Assembly (NCBI GenBank): GCA_964036045.1
Contig: OZ038379.1
Span: forward strand, 39,246,001-39,310,000
Direction: 5' to 3'
Length of the DNA: 64,000 bases
Source: Eutreptiella sp. 'Long Island Sound 2002'
Lineage: Eukaryota; Protista; Euglenida
Shown here: piece by piece, positions 15,001 to 27,292 of the stretch
How positions within the stretch are numbered: the stretch's first letter is position 1
Layout: every line of letters begins with the position of its first letter
Translations under genes and position numbers: made by a program
The notes under the pieces: model-generated
The model's database searches: none
What the model was told of the DNA's origin: nothing
Seen by the model: only the letters and a program-made list of their open reading frames with translations

Positions 15001-18000
15001 CAAAGTTCTTCTTGTACCATTTGGGTTGCTCAAACAACTAGTTCGAGGATACTTGGATCCCTTTTTCACCCTTGGCGGCTTACCAAACCTTCACAAAAAC
15101 AACATGAAATGAAAAAGGGCCTTTAAGAAACAAAATTACCATTGGAAACATGGCTTTTTGAAAAATGTGATCCAATGCCCTCTGGGATGCTGCAACAAAA
15201 TGCCGATTCACCAATGGAGGTCCGTTTCTTGTCTTTCTAATATGTGGATACATTGTTTGGTGCGAAAACACCATGCAATGTACACCGTGCCAAGTGGTGA
15301 TTCGGGTGATGAGTGTGCAATGTCTAGGACATACAATGCACAACGCACGGAGGATGCAATGCACAAAGTGCACAGCTTGCAACACACACCACCAAGGATG
15401 CATAGTGCGGATGTGTTTAATTTTTGGTAAGAAATGAAGCCGATGTCTCTTACTCTGAGGGTGAACCAAACACAACATGGATATTGCGCACTCTGCGCAC
15501 TACACACATGGTACACATTGCAATGTAGACTCTTTGCGATGTGCACTCCATGCAACCCACAACATCCCAACTACTCGCAACCAACTGCCATTTCAACACA
15601 ACTACGTTGGTGGGTGGGTTGTGCCATTCTACCACTACTTTGTCCATCACGCGTGCCATTTGTTGCTCAATATTCATGCGATTTCGTACTCCTCTGTATC
15701 AGCCACCAACATTGTGTACTAAGTAACACAACCTTGCAGTCTTTTCCTCTTTTGTGGAATCTGCGGGTGGGGGTGCTACACCATGGTGTCCCCAATCGGA
15801 CATCCATCATGGGGCTAGGCTCTGCAGCTTGCGGTCTTCTTCTTGGTTGCCATGGACCATCCGGCTTTCGTCAAGATTCCTTGCCAATTCTACTCTCTAT
15901 GTGTGCCTTATTGATTTGGACTTGCTCCTCAACTTCAAGTCGTTGTGCCTAAAACCTACCTACACACAAACAACCAATAGCACAATGTTCCTCAAAGCCG
16001 TTCCGCGGCATTGTCATGCCGGGCCCAAAAAGGAGCTTTTGCGGTCATAGTTTGTATTTCTTTTTGGACCCTCCGTTCTTCGTTTCGGCTGCTCTAACAA
16101 GGGGCACTTGGCGGAGGCTTACGTAATTTTCTTACCAAGTGATTCAAGGAGTGTGCCACTTGTACTCAAACAACGCTGCACTACACGGGGAGGGGTTTCA
16201 ACCGTTGTTGCCTTGCAGACCCTTTTGGTGATGGATATTCATCAATCGGAACAACAACTTTGTGTATGTTCACCCTTCAAAGCCCCATTCACATGAGGGG
16301 TGGCGCGAATTGGTACTGCTAGGATAGGGTTACCAAGGGTCACCACCTATGGGTCAATAATTGTGTCTAGAATGATCCGTTCCAAAGTTCTTCTTGTACC
16401 ATTTGGGTTGCTCAAACAACTATTTTGAGGATACTTGGATCCCTTTTTCACCCTTGGCGGCTTACCAAACCTTCACAAAAACAACATGAAATGAAAAAGG
16501 GCCTTTAAGGAACAAAATTACCATTGGAAACATGGCTTTTTGAAAAATGTGATCCAATGCCCTCTGGGATGCTACAACAAAATGCCGATTCACCAATGAA
16601 GGTCCGTTTCTTGTCTTTCTAATACGTGGATACATTGTTTGGTGCGAAAACACCATGCAATGTACACCGTGCCAAGTGGTGACTCGGGTGATGAGTGTGC
16701 AATGTCTAGGACATACAATGCACAACGCACGGAGGATGCAATGCACAAAGTGCACAGCTTGCAACACACACCACCAAGGATGCATAGTGCGGATGTGTTT
16801 AATTTTTGGTAAGAAATGAAGCCGATGTCTCTTACTCTGAGGGTGAATCAAACACAACATGGATATTGCGCACTCTGCGCACTACACACATGGTACACAT
16901 TGCAATGCAGACTCTTTGCGATGTGCACTCCATGCAACCCACAACACCCCAACTACTCGCAACCAACTGCCATTTCAACACAACTACGTTGGTGGGTGGG
17001 TTGTGCCATTCTACCACTAATTTGTCCATCACGTGTGCCATTTGTTGCTCAATATTCATGCGATTTCGTACTCCTCTGTATCAGCCACCAACATTGTGTA
17101 CTAAGTAACACAACCTTGCAGTCTTTTCCTCTTTTGTGGAATCTGCGGGTGGGGGTGCTACACCATGGTGTCCCCAATCGGACATCCATCATGGGGCTAG
17201 GCTCTGCAGCTTGCGGTCTTCTTCTTGGTTGCCATGGACCATCCGGCTTTCGTCAAGATTCCTTGCCAATTCTACTCTCTATGTGTCCCTTATTGATTTG
17301 GACTTGCTCCTCAACTTCAAGTCGTTGTGCCTAAAACCTATCTACACACAAACAACCAATAGCACAATGTTCCTCAAAGCCGTTCCGCAGCATTGTCATG
17401 CTGGGCCAAAAAAGGAGTTTTTGCGGTCATAGTTTGGATTTCTTTTTGGACCCTCCGTTCTTCGTTTTGGCTGCTCTAACAAGGGGCACTTGGCGGAGGC
17501 TTACGTAATTTTCTTACCAAGTGATTCAAGGAGTGTGCCACTTGTACTCAAACAACGCTGCACTACACGGGGAGGGGTTTCAACCGTTGTTGCCTTGCAG
17601 ACCCTTTTGGTGATGGATATTCATCAATCGGAACAACAACTTTGTGTATGTTCACCCTTCAAAGCCCCATTCACATGAGGGGTGGCGCGAATTGGTACTG
17701 CTAGGATAGGGTTACCAAGGGTCACCACCTATGGGTCAATGATTGTGTCTAGAATGATCCGTTCCAAAGTTCTTCTTGTACCATTTGGGTTGCTCAGACA
17801 ACTAGTTTGAGGATACTTGGATCCCTTTTTCACCCTTGGCGGCTTACCAAACCTTCACAAAAGCAACATGAAATGAAAAAGGGCCTGTATGGAACAAAAT
17901 TACCATTGGAAACATGGCTTTTTGAAAAATGTGATCCAATGCCCTTTGGGATGCTACAACAAAATGCCGATTCACCAATGAAGGTCCGTTTCTTGTCTTT

Positions 18001-18864
18001 CTAATACGTGGATACATTGTTTGGTGCGAAAACACCATGCAATGTACACCGTGCCAAGTGGTGATTCGGGTGATGAGTGTGCAATGTCTAGGACACACAA
18101 TGCACAACGCACGGAGGATGCAATGCACAAAGTGCACAGCTTGCAACACACACCACCAAGGATGCATAGTGCGGATGTGTTTAATTTTTGGTAAGAAATC
18201 AAGCCGATGCCTCTTACTCTGAGGGTGAATCAAACACAACATGGATATTGCGCACTCTGCGCACTACACACATGGTACACATTGCAATGTAATCTCTTTG
18301 CGATGTGCACTCCATGCAACCCACAACACCCCAACTACTCGCAACCAACTGCCATTTCAACACAACTACGTTGGTGGGTGGGTTGTGCCATTCTACCACT
18401 AATTTGTCCATCACGCGTGCCATTTGTTGCTCAATATTCATGCGATTTCGTACTCCTCTGTATCAGCCACCAACATTGTGTACTAAGTAACACAACCTTG
18501 CAGTCTTTTCCTCTTTTGTGGAATCTGCGGGTGGGGGTGCTACACCATGGTGTCCCCAATTGGACATCCATCATGGGGCTAGGCTCTGCAGCTTGCGGTC
18601 TTCTTCTTGGTTGCCATGGACCATCCGGCTTTTTGTCAAGATTCCTTGCCAATTCTACTCTCTATGTGTCCCTTATTGATTTGGACTTGCTCCTCAACTT
18701 CAAGTCGTTGTGCCTAAAACCTACCTACACACAAACAACCAATAGCACAAGGTTCCTCAAAGCCGTTCCGCAGCATTGTCATGCTTGGCCCAAAAAGGAG
18801 ATTTTGCGGTAATAGTTTGGATTTCTTTTTGGACCTTCCGTTCTTCGTTTTGGCTGCTCTAACA
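1..18864. repeat. Macrosatellite tandem array, 1380-1383 bp unit, 13 complete units plus a partial unit running off the window start
   Basis: The marker gctctaac(a/g) ends at 905, 2286, 3667, 5049, 6430, 7810, 9191, 10573, 11954, 13336, 14717, 16099, 17481 and 18864. The ORF track repeats with the same period. Units differ by scattered SNPs and 1-bp indels. The array stops abruptly at ctctaaca|ccactacc. Confidence 0.99.
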
Positions 18865-19200
18865 CCACTACCCTCTATGTGTACACTCAAAATGCTCAGA
18901 GTTTTATGGAGAATTCAAATACCAACCAGAAAACATGAAACAAAAATTGGAACCCTACCCTCACCTCACCCCAACCATGTTGCCTGCCTCCCAATGCCCC
19001 CTGGAGGGTTAACTAGCTTTTTTTTCATAAATTTTTTTTGCCCCAACATATGAACCTCATTTTGAAGACAAATTGTTGGGGTAAAAGTTCTTTTTTTCAG
19101 CTAGCTCCCCTGCCCCCCCCCCCCCCCTCCAGCCCCCTGCCAAAGACCCCCTTGAATTTTCACACACACTGGAGGTCAAAACCCAAACAGGGTACGCCCC

Positions 19201-19659
19201 TTGATGTGTGCGTGCAAGAGATTAAATCTCCAGCCTTGGCCGCAGGAGGAATACCAGCGCTTGAGCGCCCTCCACAATGTATTGCAGCATGCTGTGGAGC
19301 TCAGTGACCTGGGTATTGAGGAGGTGGACATTGAGGAGTACGATTCTCCTGGCTCTAGTGGTGATGAGGATGAGGACGACAACGCGGATGGCAAATCTAC
19401 CACCTCGCCTACGCCAGTACCCGAGCCTGTCCCCCCGCCACCAAAGCCAGCTGTCCCAACTCCCGCTCCTGCTCCTACGATCCAAATCCAGACAGTGGCC
19501 ATATTGGACGCCCCCAATCCTGTTGCCAAGCCAACTTCCATTGAGGGCTTTTCAGCGGATTCCAGGGTTGTCAGTGATCTGAGCTTTGACGTGGGTGACA
19601 TCAGTATGCCTTTCCTGATAACCAACCTTTCTTCTCCGGCTCTTGGACTGTGGGATTGA
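19201..19659 (+). CDS. Possible terminal exon or gene fragment: acidic and Pro-rich low-complexity protein of unknown identity
   Basis: Open frame with protein-like composition (EEVDIEEYDSPGSSGDEDEDD, PVPEPVPPPPKPAVP). A candidate acceptor ctccag lies near 19233. No recognisable domain. Confidence 0.35.
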   Translation: MMCACKRLNLQPWPQEEYQRLSALHNVLQHAVELSDLGIEEVDIEEYDSPGSSGDEDEDDNADGKSTTSPTPVPEPVPPPPKPAVPTPAPAPTIQIQTVAILDAPNPVAKPTSIEGFSADSRVVSDLSFDVGDISMPFLITNLSSPALGLWD

Positions 19660-20559
19660 GTGGCCACCCATCGTCTACTGGTCCCAATGGCGGACTCAAT
19701 ATGCAGCTGATCCCCAAGCCACACAAGTAGTATGGAGAGGCTGTTGATTTTTTTCTGTTATTGAGGCATTGTGCTGTTTGTGGTAGCCATGGGTCTCTCT
19801 AATGCAGGCCTGATGCAGGCCAACAAGGAAGGATTTTTTTGTTGTGGGAGAAGCTTAGCGCACAGGCGCATTGAATTTGTAGCCTCAGACACACCCCTGG
19901 TTTCGCAGAATCACCTTGCAGAGGTTCTTAGATCAAGCACAGGCATGAGAAGTAGACATGGGTGGGTATGCACGTAGTGTGCCCCACAGGACCAACTACC
20001 CTCCTTTTTTTTTTTTGGAAGGAGGGCATGGTGGTGGTGGTGGGGGAAGGTCATTTTTTTTATCTGACCCCCCATGTTTGTTGTTCAAAATCACAATGTT
20101 TTTGGAAATCACCCGGAAGAGAGGTTGTTCGATCAAGGGGAAGAGAAGTTGTTAGATCAAGCGCAGGCGCAGGCGTCGTATACCACCCCTTTTTGGGGTC
20201 GTTCGCATAGCATACCCCAAGTTGTGGTATCGGATGCCTGACCCCTTGTAAAATCATCATTTTGGGACAGAAAATGACCCCCCAATGAATTTTTCGATTT
20301 TGACCACCCTACCCCTCGTTACCGGGTACCCCATTTTGGGGGCTGGGGGGTGGGGGGGTTCAAAACTTCTTTGCGTGTTGCAGCCGCTGTGTTTGGATTT
20401 GGACCTGGTTCCTGAAAAACATTTTCTTGTATATCGCCCATCTAACCCGTGGCGGGTCCCGCGTCCGACCTCCGGGTACCCCCAGTCGCCCTCCAGTATG
20501 GCCCTTGCTGGTGACCACTCGGGCGCTCTCACGCTGGATTGGCTATTTTAGTGGCACTT

Positions 20560-21585
20560 GAGAATCACCTCACACAGGTTTTTTTTATCAAAGCAGAGGA
20601 GGCCTGCCCGCATATAGAGAACAACGCCACATACCCCCCCTTTTTGAGCCCATTCGTGTACCGTACCTCAAGCGGTTGAATCATTTGTTTCAGCCCTTGC
20701 AAAATCATTCTTTTGTCCCACAAACACATCCCCCAATTAGTTTTTGGTCCGAAACACCCCCCCTACCCCCGCCCCTAGACCCCACCCCCTCACTTGAAAC
20801 CCACTTTTTGATGGGGGGGACCGGTGAGGCTGGGGGTGGGGTCAAGAATGTTGAAACAACAACTCCACCCCATTTTTGAGGGTCCAAACTCATGAATACT
20901 TTGGTATTTTTCAATTTTGAGCCGAAAAAGTGTTTTCTGGTCCAGACTCCATAGGGTTTGTGTGGAGCATAGTGGGACGAGCGCTGATGCGGTTTCTGCA
21001 GCTTTTGGCCGTTTTTGTTATGTTGGCGTTTTTGGCGAGCTTAGTGATCCCATGGTACCCACTTTCAGGGGTGCAACAAGGCATGCAATCATAGTGCACA
21101 CCTACTGGGATCCAAAACGACGTTGTTTTTCAACCTCTAGCCTTGCCTAGGGCTGGTTATGGTTTGTGTGAAAGACACGAAATGACCTCTCCATGAAAAA
21201 TGGCTCGCAATTTTCATTTGTTTTTTCTATGTTGTTGGTTTTGGCTACCATACTAACCCCGTGGTACCCACTCTAAGTGGTGCAAATGGGGATTTTGTGA
21301 CGGCATATGCCTACTAAGATACGAAAGGAATTTTTTTGCGGTTTGCAGCCTTGCCTGTCGTCAGTCATGGCCCATGTAAAAGACACAAAATCACTTTTTT
21401 CGCCAATGATGGCGTATATGTGTGCATGGGGTGGTACACAACATGCGAAAGCAATTTTCACCTTGGGCAGCTCAGAATTGGAATTTTCCGAAACCTGTTT
21501 CTTTGCTGTCCTAACACCTCACAATGACCATCCAAGCCATGCAAAGCATGTTTTAGCCCATATTTATGTGCCTTTGAGGCGTATT

Positions 21586-21587
<2 letters not shown>
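20560..21587 (+). repeat. Dispersed non-coding repeat family X, copy A
   Basis: About 20640-21540 aligns by eye at high identity to about 29055-29937 (shared blocks such as gaatcatttgtttc, catggtacccactttcagggg, gaaagacacgaaatgacctctccatgaaaaatggctcgc). Confidence 0.9.

Positions 21588-21637
<50 letters not shown>
21588..21637. repeat. (TG)n microsatellite
   Basis: Perfect TG run of about 25 units. Confidence 0.98.
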
Positions 21638-21640
<3 letters not shown>

Positions 21641-23424
21641 AAAGAGGCGCGACAAATCCAGGATTGGGCAAGGCTGCGGTTCCTACGCACGGATCTACAA
21701 CAGCTGGCGTCCCAGATGTCTGTCCCCCTGTATGCAGTGGGATCCATCGTCGTCCCAAACCTCCTCCCCAACTAGAAGAGCGCAATACACCGAGTTTTCA
21801 GAAAAATGGTTGCTTCTATTACTGGACCAGCGTGGGAAAAACAGGTCCTGTCCAAAGCAATCAAAATAGTGCGGAGCAACCCGCACACCATAAAGCAGAT
21901 TTTCGCCAGTCATGCGTCCCGCTTTGATAAGACAGCAGCCGAGCTGTAACTGTTCTGAGTCATACATCTTGTCTTGTCTATCCTTTCTCCCTGGCACATC
22001 ACGAAACGAACAGCAAGCAGCAAACAAATACTTGTAAGTCCGTAGTCTCCTTCAGTACACTCAGTCATGTCAAAAACATTGATTGCTAAGATGCATTAGC
22101 AATGAAATGTAATATACACAAATGTTACATATGAGCATCTAACTACATAACAATCTTCATTGAAATCGCTATAGTTCTAAACAAGCATTTGGGCTTTGTA
22201 GTGCCCTCTGCAACATGAGCTGGCACTAACGCTACGCGACTTTAAGATCGGGATGGTGATGAATCCAGCCCTGAAGTTTCAACTTCATATCCTTAATGCA
22301 AACCATTAGCATTACCGCAAAGCTGCAATAAGTTTTGCTAATGTTGTTATCCAGCCATGCAATTTCTATCACACTCCCCTGCCAAGCTATGTGCTAGGGT
22401 TAACCGCATGGACCCGTGGCACATGCTCATTAAGAAATAGATAGAACTGCTTGGCCAGTCTCCCACAAATAGACACTCAGAAAGTGTGGAGCCATCCTTA
22501 GTACTAATCCCGAATTCAAAGTTATGTTGTTAAGTGACGCAAAACGTAAAGGAAGACTCTATTGAACAATGCCACTCTTGAGCAAAGGCTCACAAACTTG
22601 CTCATTCGAATATGAAACCAAGTTAGAACACATAGCTAGATTAGTTTGGGTGGGGGGTCTTGGGCTAATAAAAATTTTACCCATCATGGGGGTCTTAAAC
22701 GATGTCAACCGTTGAGAGGAAAGCAAATAGGGGCCAGCCACGCCAAATTGTCCCACGTAAGTGGTCATACGATGCATTAGCAAGAATAGTGTGTGGATAT
22801 GCCACCATTGTGTGGGCCAGCGGACAAAAGAAACAAAATGCTCAAACGATGCTACATGTGTTGCTCTCTGGCAAGAAATTGGGGAGGTTGATGCAAACAC
22901 AAATGCTGTCCATATATGAGCTTGTGTCTTGACTGTATTTCCACATGACCACAAGAAGTGTGTAATGACCACCTAATTGGCTCCTGATGGTGTATATTGG
23001 CATGGGCATATGTGTCTTTCTGAGTTTTGTTTCAAGCGAAAAATTGAGAAAATTGAGAAGAAGAGTGGGTGGCGGTTTGTGTTACCGCACTCACAATTCG
23101 TGTCTTTTTCCATTATGGCATTTGTCACTCACCGTAGATTTGTGCCTTGGGCTTGAAAAAAAAATGAATACCTTCCCACCAACCTTGCAGACTCTATCCC
23201 CGAAATTTTGCCCTATCTTGGGGGTATACACCTAGGGGTTTCCATCTCCCCTTGTAGAAAATGACTCCTAATCCCAAAGCAGAAGTCCTGTCTACCCCAC
23301 TAATGGAAAAATGTGGGCCGGGGTAAAGAGTTGGCTTTTCAGTTTATTTTAAGGGATGAGTACCTCTTTCAAGCCTACAGGGGTGGTGTGTGAATCTATC
23401 AACCTGCATAATTAGCTAGAAAGT

Positions 23425-23745
23425 GTGGCAAACCCCTCCTTGTGGGCCGAGTCACACCTATGTCACCGCCAAAGGTGGCAAGGCCCTCCTTGTGGGCCTA
23501 GTCGCACCAAGGCACTACTTACACACACGGATGCACACTCATCTTAGTGTCAAAGCCCTCCTCGTGGGCCGAGTCACACTGATGTCATGATCATGGGTGG
23601 CAAGGCCCTTCTTGTGGGCCGAGTCACACCCAGGCACTGCTCACACATGGAGATTGGAATTGGCAAAGCCCTCCTTGTGGGCGGAGTCACACCCATGTCA
23701 GTGCCAAAGGTGGCAAGGTCCTCCGTGTGGGCCTAACCGCACCAC
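23425..23745 (+). repeat. Minisatellite: six copies of a ~33-bp motif (gtggcaaRgccctccttgtgggccgagtcacacc) with alternating short and long spacers
   Basis: Motif copies seen directly. Spacers alternate between an atgtca-type (16-17 nt) and an aggcact-type (31-40 nt), giving a dimeric higher-order repeat. Confidence 0.9.
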
Positions 23746-24449
23746 GACGTTACTGAGGCAATTCTGAAACAAAATGGGTTGGGGAAAAACTGCCAAAAAT
23801 TTTCCAAAACTGCAAAGCAATTTTAGAACACGTGAAACCGGCAGTGCACATGTGGTGAGTGTGGTGAAGTGCAAAAAGATGCGAGTGCCACCTCCAAACT
23901 ACAAACATGTTGCACCAAGCAAAATGTGTGATGAACTATTTGCAGCAAAGTACTCATGTCCAAACAAGGGGCGTCGAGAAACTCAAGGCCCCAGAAAATC
24001 CAGTCACACCAATTCCACAAAGGCACTTGTCCCCGACGAGCAAATGGCCAAGTTGTAAGCAAAAAGTGAACAACTGGTGAAAAAGAAAGCAAGGGTACGT
24101 ATCAATAGGACTGAGGCAACACATACACAAGGCTTCTTACAGCACCTCGAGTCTCTGTGTAGAAGTCAAATTTGCAGATTCACCTGAAATCACTGAGATG
24201 CTAGCACAAACAAATACCACTGGTGCAACCAAACCTTAGAAACAATATGGCACAGAGGCACGTCCAAAGAGGCGCCGCGCATGAGCAGTGCACCGTGGCG
24301 TGAGCAAGGGCAAAAAGTACCACGGCGCCAATCACACACAAGGCGCCGAGCGACACCTGCAAGAAAGCACCAAAAGCCACAAAAGCGTCGAAGCAAAGGT
24401 CACAAGCACAACGAAGGAAAAGCCATTGGCGCGTCGAATCAGAGGCCAC

Positions 24450-25716
24450 GAACGCATGGAAGAAAAAACTGATATAGTATAGTACTTAACTGAAAAGGAG
24501 AGTGGCTCTGGCGCGGCATCACCTCTCTCCCCCAACCCCTGCTTCCCAAACAGCTCCGCGCATCGCTACCACGGCCAACAATGCGTTTCTAAAACTCCTT
24601 TGCAACGAGGTGCCATGCTGTTTCTTGGCGCAGAGCATCACAGGCGTTTCCACATGGTTCCAGTGGCTGGACACAAACAACGCCCTGTACATTTGAGAGG
24701 TTGACCGCAAAGACCAATTCAACAATATCTGCCCCACAGTTGTCGCCGACCACCTCCAAAAAGCCTCTGGTTGGCTCGCAGCACGGGAAAAATGGAGAAT
24801 GACTGAAGTGGTGTGGTCCATACACAAAGACACAAGGAAACTGGACCGCAGGGCGTGCAAAGGCAGAAAAATTCTGGTACCTTTCCCACACAGCCATGGG
24901 GGATACCATCAGCTTCAAAGTGCACTGCAACAATTTCATCCGAGCACTTGGCAGTCTGTGGTCTCGCCACGGGTGTATCCCAATGGGGGGGTCATTTTCG
25001 GCCCAAGCAGCCAACCTACACAACCTATGTGGGGTATACAGCAACAGACACCTGTTTCGCCAGCTCGCGACACTGCACATTTCTGAGTCACGTTTCCCGT
25101 TTTGGGAGACACCCCATGGGATTACTACACACTGCCAATTTCAGGATAACATACTGGTAGCGTCCACTTACAAAGACTCCCCCTCCACCCCGATCATACA
25201 GACAGTGTGCGACATTCTGCGCAGCAGCTGGAACCTGCATGTGCTGTGTGACTGCATGTCTAAACCTGGGGACCCTTGCCTGCATGCCTGCCACAAGCCG
25301 GCCATAGTGGCCCTGGGGTATGCACTGGTGCGCCACCACTCAAGTATGGGACAACCTACCTCTGACCCAATGCACTGGACAACGAGTGGAACCTAAAATT
25401 AGGGCCTCCCCTCATTTCCCCGCCCCTTGCGTACCAAGCTTACCTAGGAGGTATCGTCACAGGCGCTCTGAGCCACGCCCGTCACTGGTGCCATAGATGG
25501 GCGGGGAAAATGCTGTCACTGGGCGCATGGTTACAAATAGCTCTGCTGAGCGGTTACTGGCCAACACAGGTAGCCCGCGCAGCACACTCTGCTGTCAACA
25601 GAGCGCTGGCCACAAGCCCCAACACCCCTGCGCAGACAGTGTGGTTCATGTACTCCCTCCTCCCTCACCTTCCTATGCCTCACTGCTGCCACCTAACGTT
25701 TCGCATCTCACCGTAG
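24450..25716 (+). mobile_element. Penelope-like element (PLE) reverse transcriptase and thumb, decayed by frameshifts and stops
   Basis: Joining frames gives WRGITS, EVDRKDQFNNI (motif A, cf. PLE D..SLFTNI), GCIPMGGSFSAQAANL (motif B, cf. G..MGSPLSP.LANL), QFQDNILV (motif C, cf. RY.DD) and a thumb GALSHARHWC...LLSGYW (cf. RA...C...NGYP). No GIY-YIG follows the thumb. Confidence 0.75.
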
Positions 25717-25831
25717 TGCTCGTCCTACGACAAAGTCATGTGTCGCATTTTTCCCCGCGCGGGGGGGGGGGTCCGGACCCCGTATAAAACACACCGTAAG
25801 ATTCCACGATGTTTCGACCGGGTGCTTGCTT

Positions 25832-26002
25832 CGGACGACCCGCCAAGGGTGTCCGTAATTTTACTTGTAGCTCGTGTAGGCTGCCCCTACACGGACGACC
25901 CGTCAAGGGTGCCCGTAATTTTACCCGCAGCTCGTGTAGGCTGCCCCTACACGGACGACCCGTCAAGGGTGCCCGTAATTTTACCCGCAGCTCGTGTAGG
26001 CT
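25832..26002 (+). repeat. 60-bp hairpin-rich tandem repeat, cluster 1 (about 3 units)
   Basis: The unit ctcgtgtaggctgcccctacacggacgacccgtcaagggtgcccgtaattttacccgcag repeats head to tail. Confidence 0.95.
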
Positions 26003-26724
26003 TTGCCCTCCTGACAAGGAGGTAAAGGAAAATGGTGCCCCGAGAAATTTTTTCTCTGCTTTTGTGTTTGACCAGCTTGCCGTTGTGCCCCAACCCCTAT
26101 AATCCCACCCTGCCAATTTTCAAAAGCGAGGAAGCCGAATTTTTGTGATCCGACCGGCATGCCCCTTTTCTGAAATTGAATGTCATCTCCACTCGTGCAC
26201 GATCTTTTCACTGCTCTGCCCCATAAAATTTTGACGCATACACCATACACGATGTTGACCCGTTCCCCCAAGCCCCCCAATGGAGATGGCAAAACATTTG
26301 GTTCCTTTTTTTGATTCCTTTTTATTTTGGATGTGTGTGTGGGCCGTGTGCGCAGGTACAGAGCACCACGCGACATTGGGAGCCATTTGATTTGAGCACG
26401 TTTCCAGCTTGGCCAATGGCCCCTTGCACACCAAATCGTGTGTTTCAGTCCGGCAAGGAAAGAAACAAGTCCACGACGTCGCACGAAGGCCCGGCCGGCA
26501 CTCAGCAACCGGTGGCATCGGATGCTGAATTTAGTGAGGTTGCTCCAGAGTCTGATGTCTTGCGGAAACGCAGTAACCCTGTGCGCAAGTGCCCTGTGGC
26601 CTTGAAGGGAAGAACATATATAGAGGAGGGAAGTGATTGCGACTCTGACCAGGGCAGTAGTGGTGAGGAGCCTCTCGCTGTGCCTACACAACGGTGCAAA
26701 CACACCACCGTCATTGGCGTGAGT

Positions 26725-26770
26725 AGCAGTAGCAGTAGCAGTAGCAGTAACAATAGTAGTAGTAGTGGCA
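26725..26770 (+). repeat. (AGT/AGC)n trinucleotide tract inside a Ser/acidic ORF (26311-26883)
   Basis: agtagcagtagcagtagcagtagcagtaacaatagtagtagtagt. Confidence 0.85.
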
Positions 26771-27175
26771 ATAGCACTAAAAGTGACACGAGTAGTGAAT
26801 CAGTCACCACCAGCGATGGCGAGGATGCATGTGTAATTAATTTGGAGGAGGCAGGTTGGTCCAATATGTCTCCGGCTGTGTAGATGTTGTCAGAATTGGA
26901 GGAGTTTGAATTGAAAGACTGATTGGTGGCAGCAGTACTTTGCTTTTGCTTTGTGCTTTGTGTAGGTAGGGCCGCAAGGACCCTCCCCTTGCGGTGTGTG
27001 GTACGCATGGCCACACATACCCAAGCCGATGACACCCTGTTGGTACACAGGGGCGGTGCGAATTGTCGGATAACACCTTGGCCGCATACCCAACAGTTTG
27101 GAGGTGCCCGACACTTTTTTCTTAAATTTTTTTGGTTTTTCTTGTTGTGCCTATGTCCTACCCTTTGGTTCCGCC

Positions 27176-27292
27176 TACCCGTCAAGGGTGTCCGTAATTT
27201 TACCCACAGCTCGTGTAGGCGGCCCCTACACGGACGACCCGTCAAGGGTGCCCGTAATTTTACCCGCAGCTCGTGTAGGTTGCCCCTACACA
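27176..27292 (+). repeat. 60-bp hairpin-rich tandem repeat, cluster 2 (about 2 units, same orientation as cluster 1)
   Basis: Same unit as 25832-26002. Confidence 0.95.

Noticed and set aside
1-18864. Dozens of 60-200 aa ORFs in the array as a tandem gene family
   Set aside because: They overlap on both strands, lack recognisable domains, and are opened or closed by 1-bp indels between units.
23425-23745. CRISPR array
   Set aside because: Spacers are unequal (16-40 nt) and homologous in alternation, the repeats are degenerate, there are no cas genes, and the context is eukaryotic.
25832-26002. Canonical hammerhead ribozyme
   Set aside because: Neither strand has both CUGANGA and GAAA in the required positions. 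Kept only as an unexplained structured repeat.
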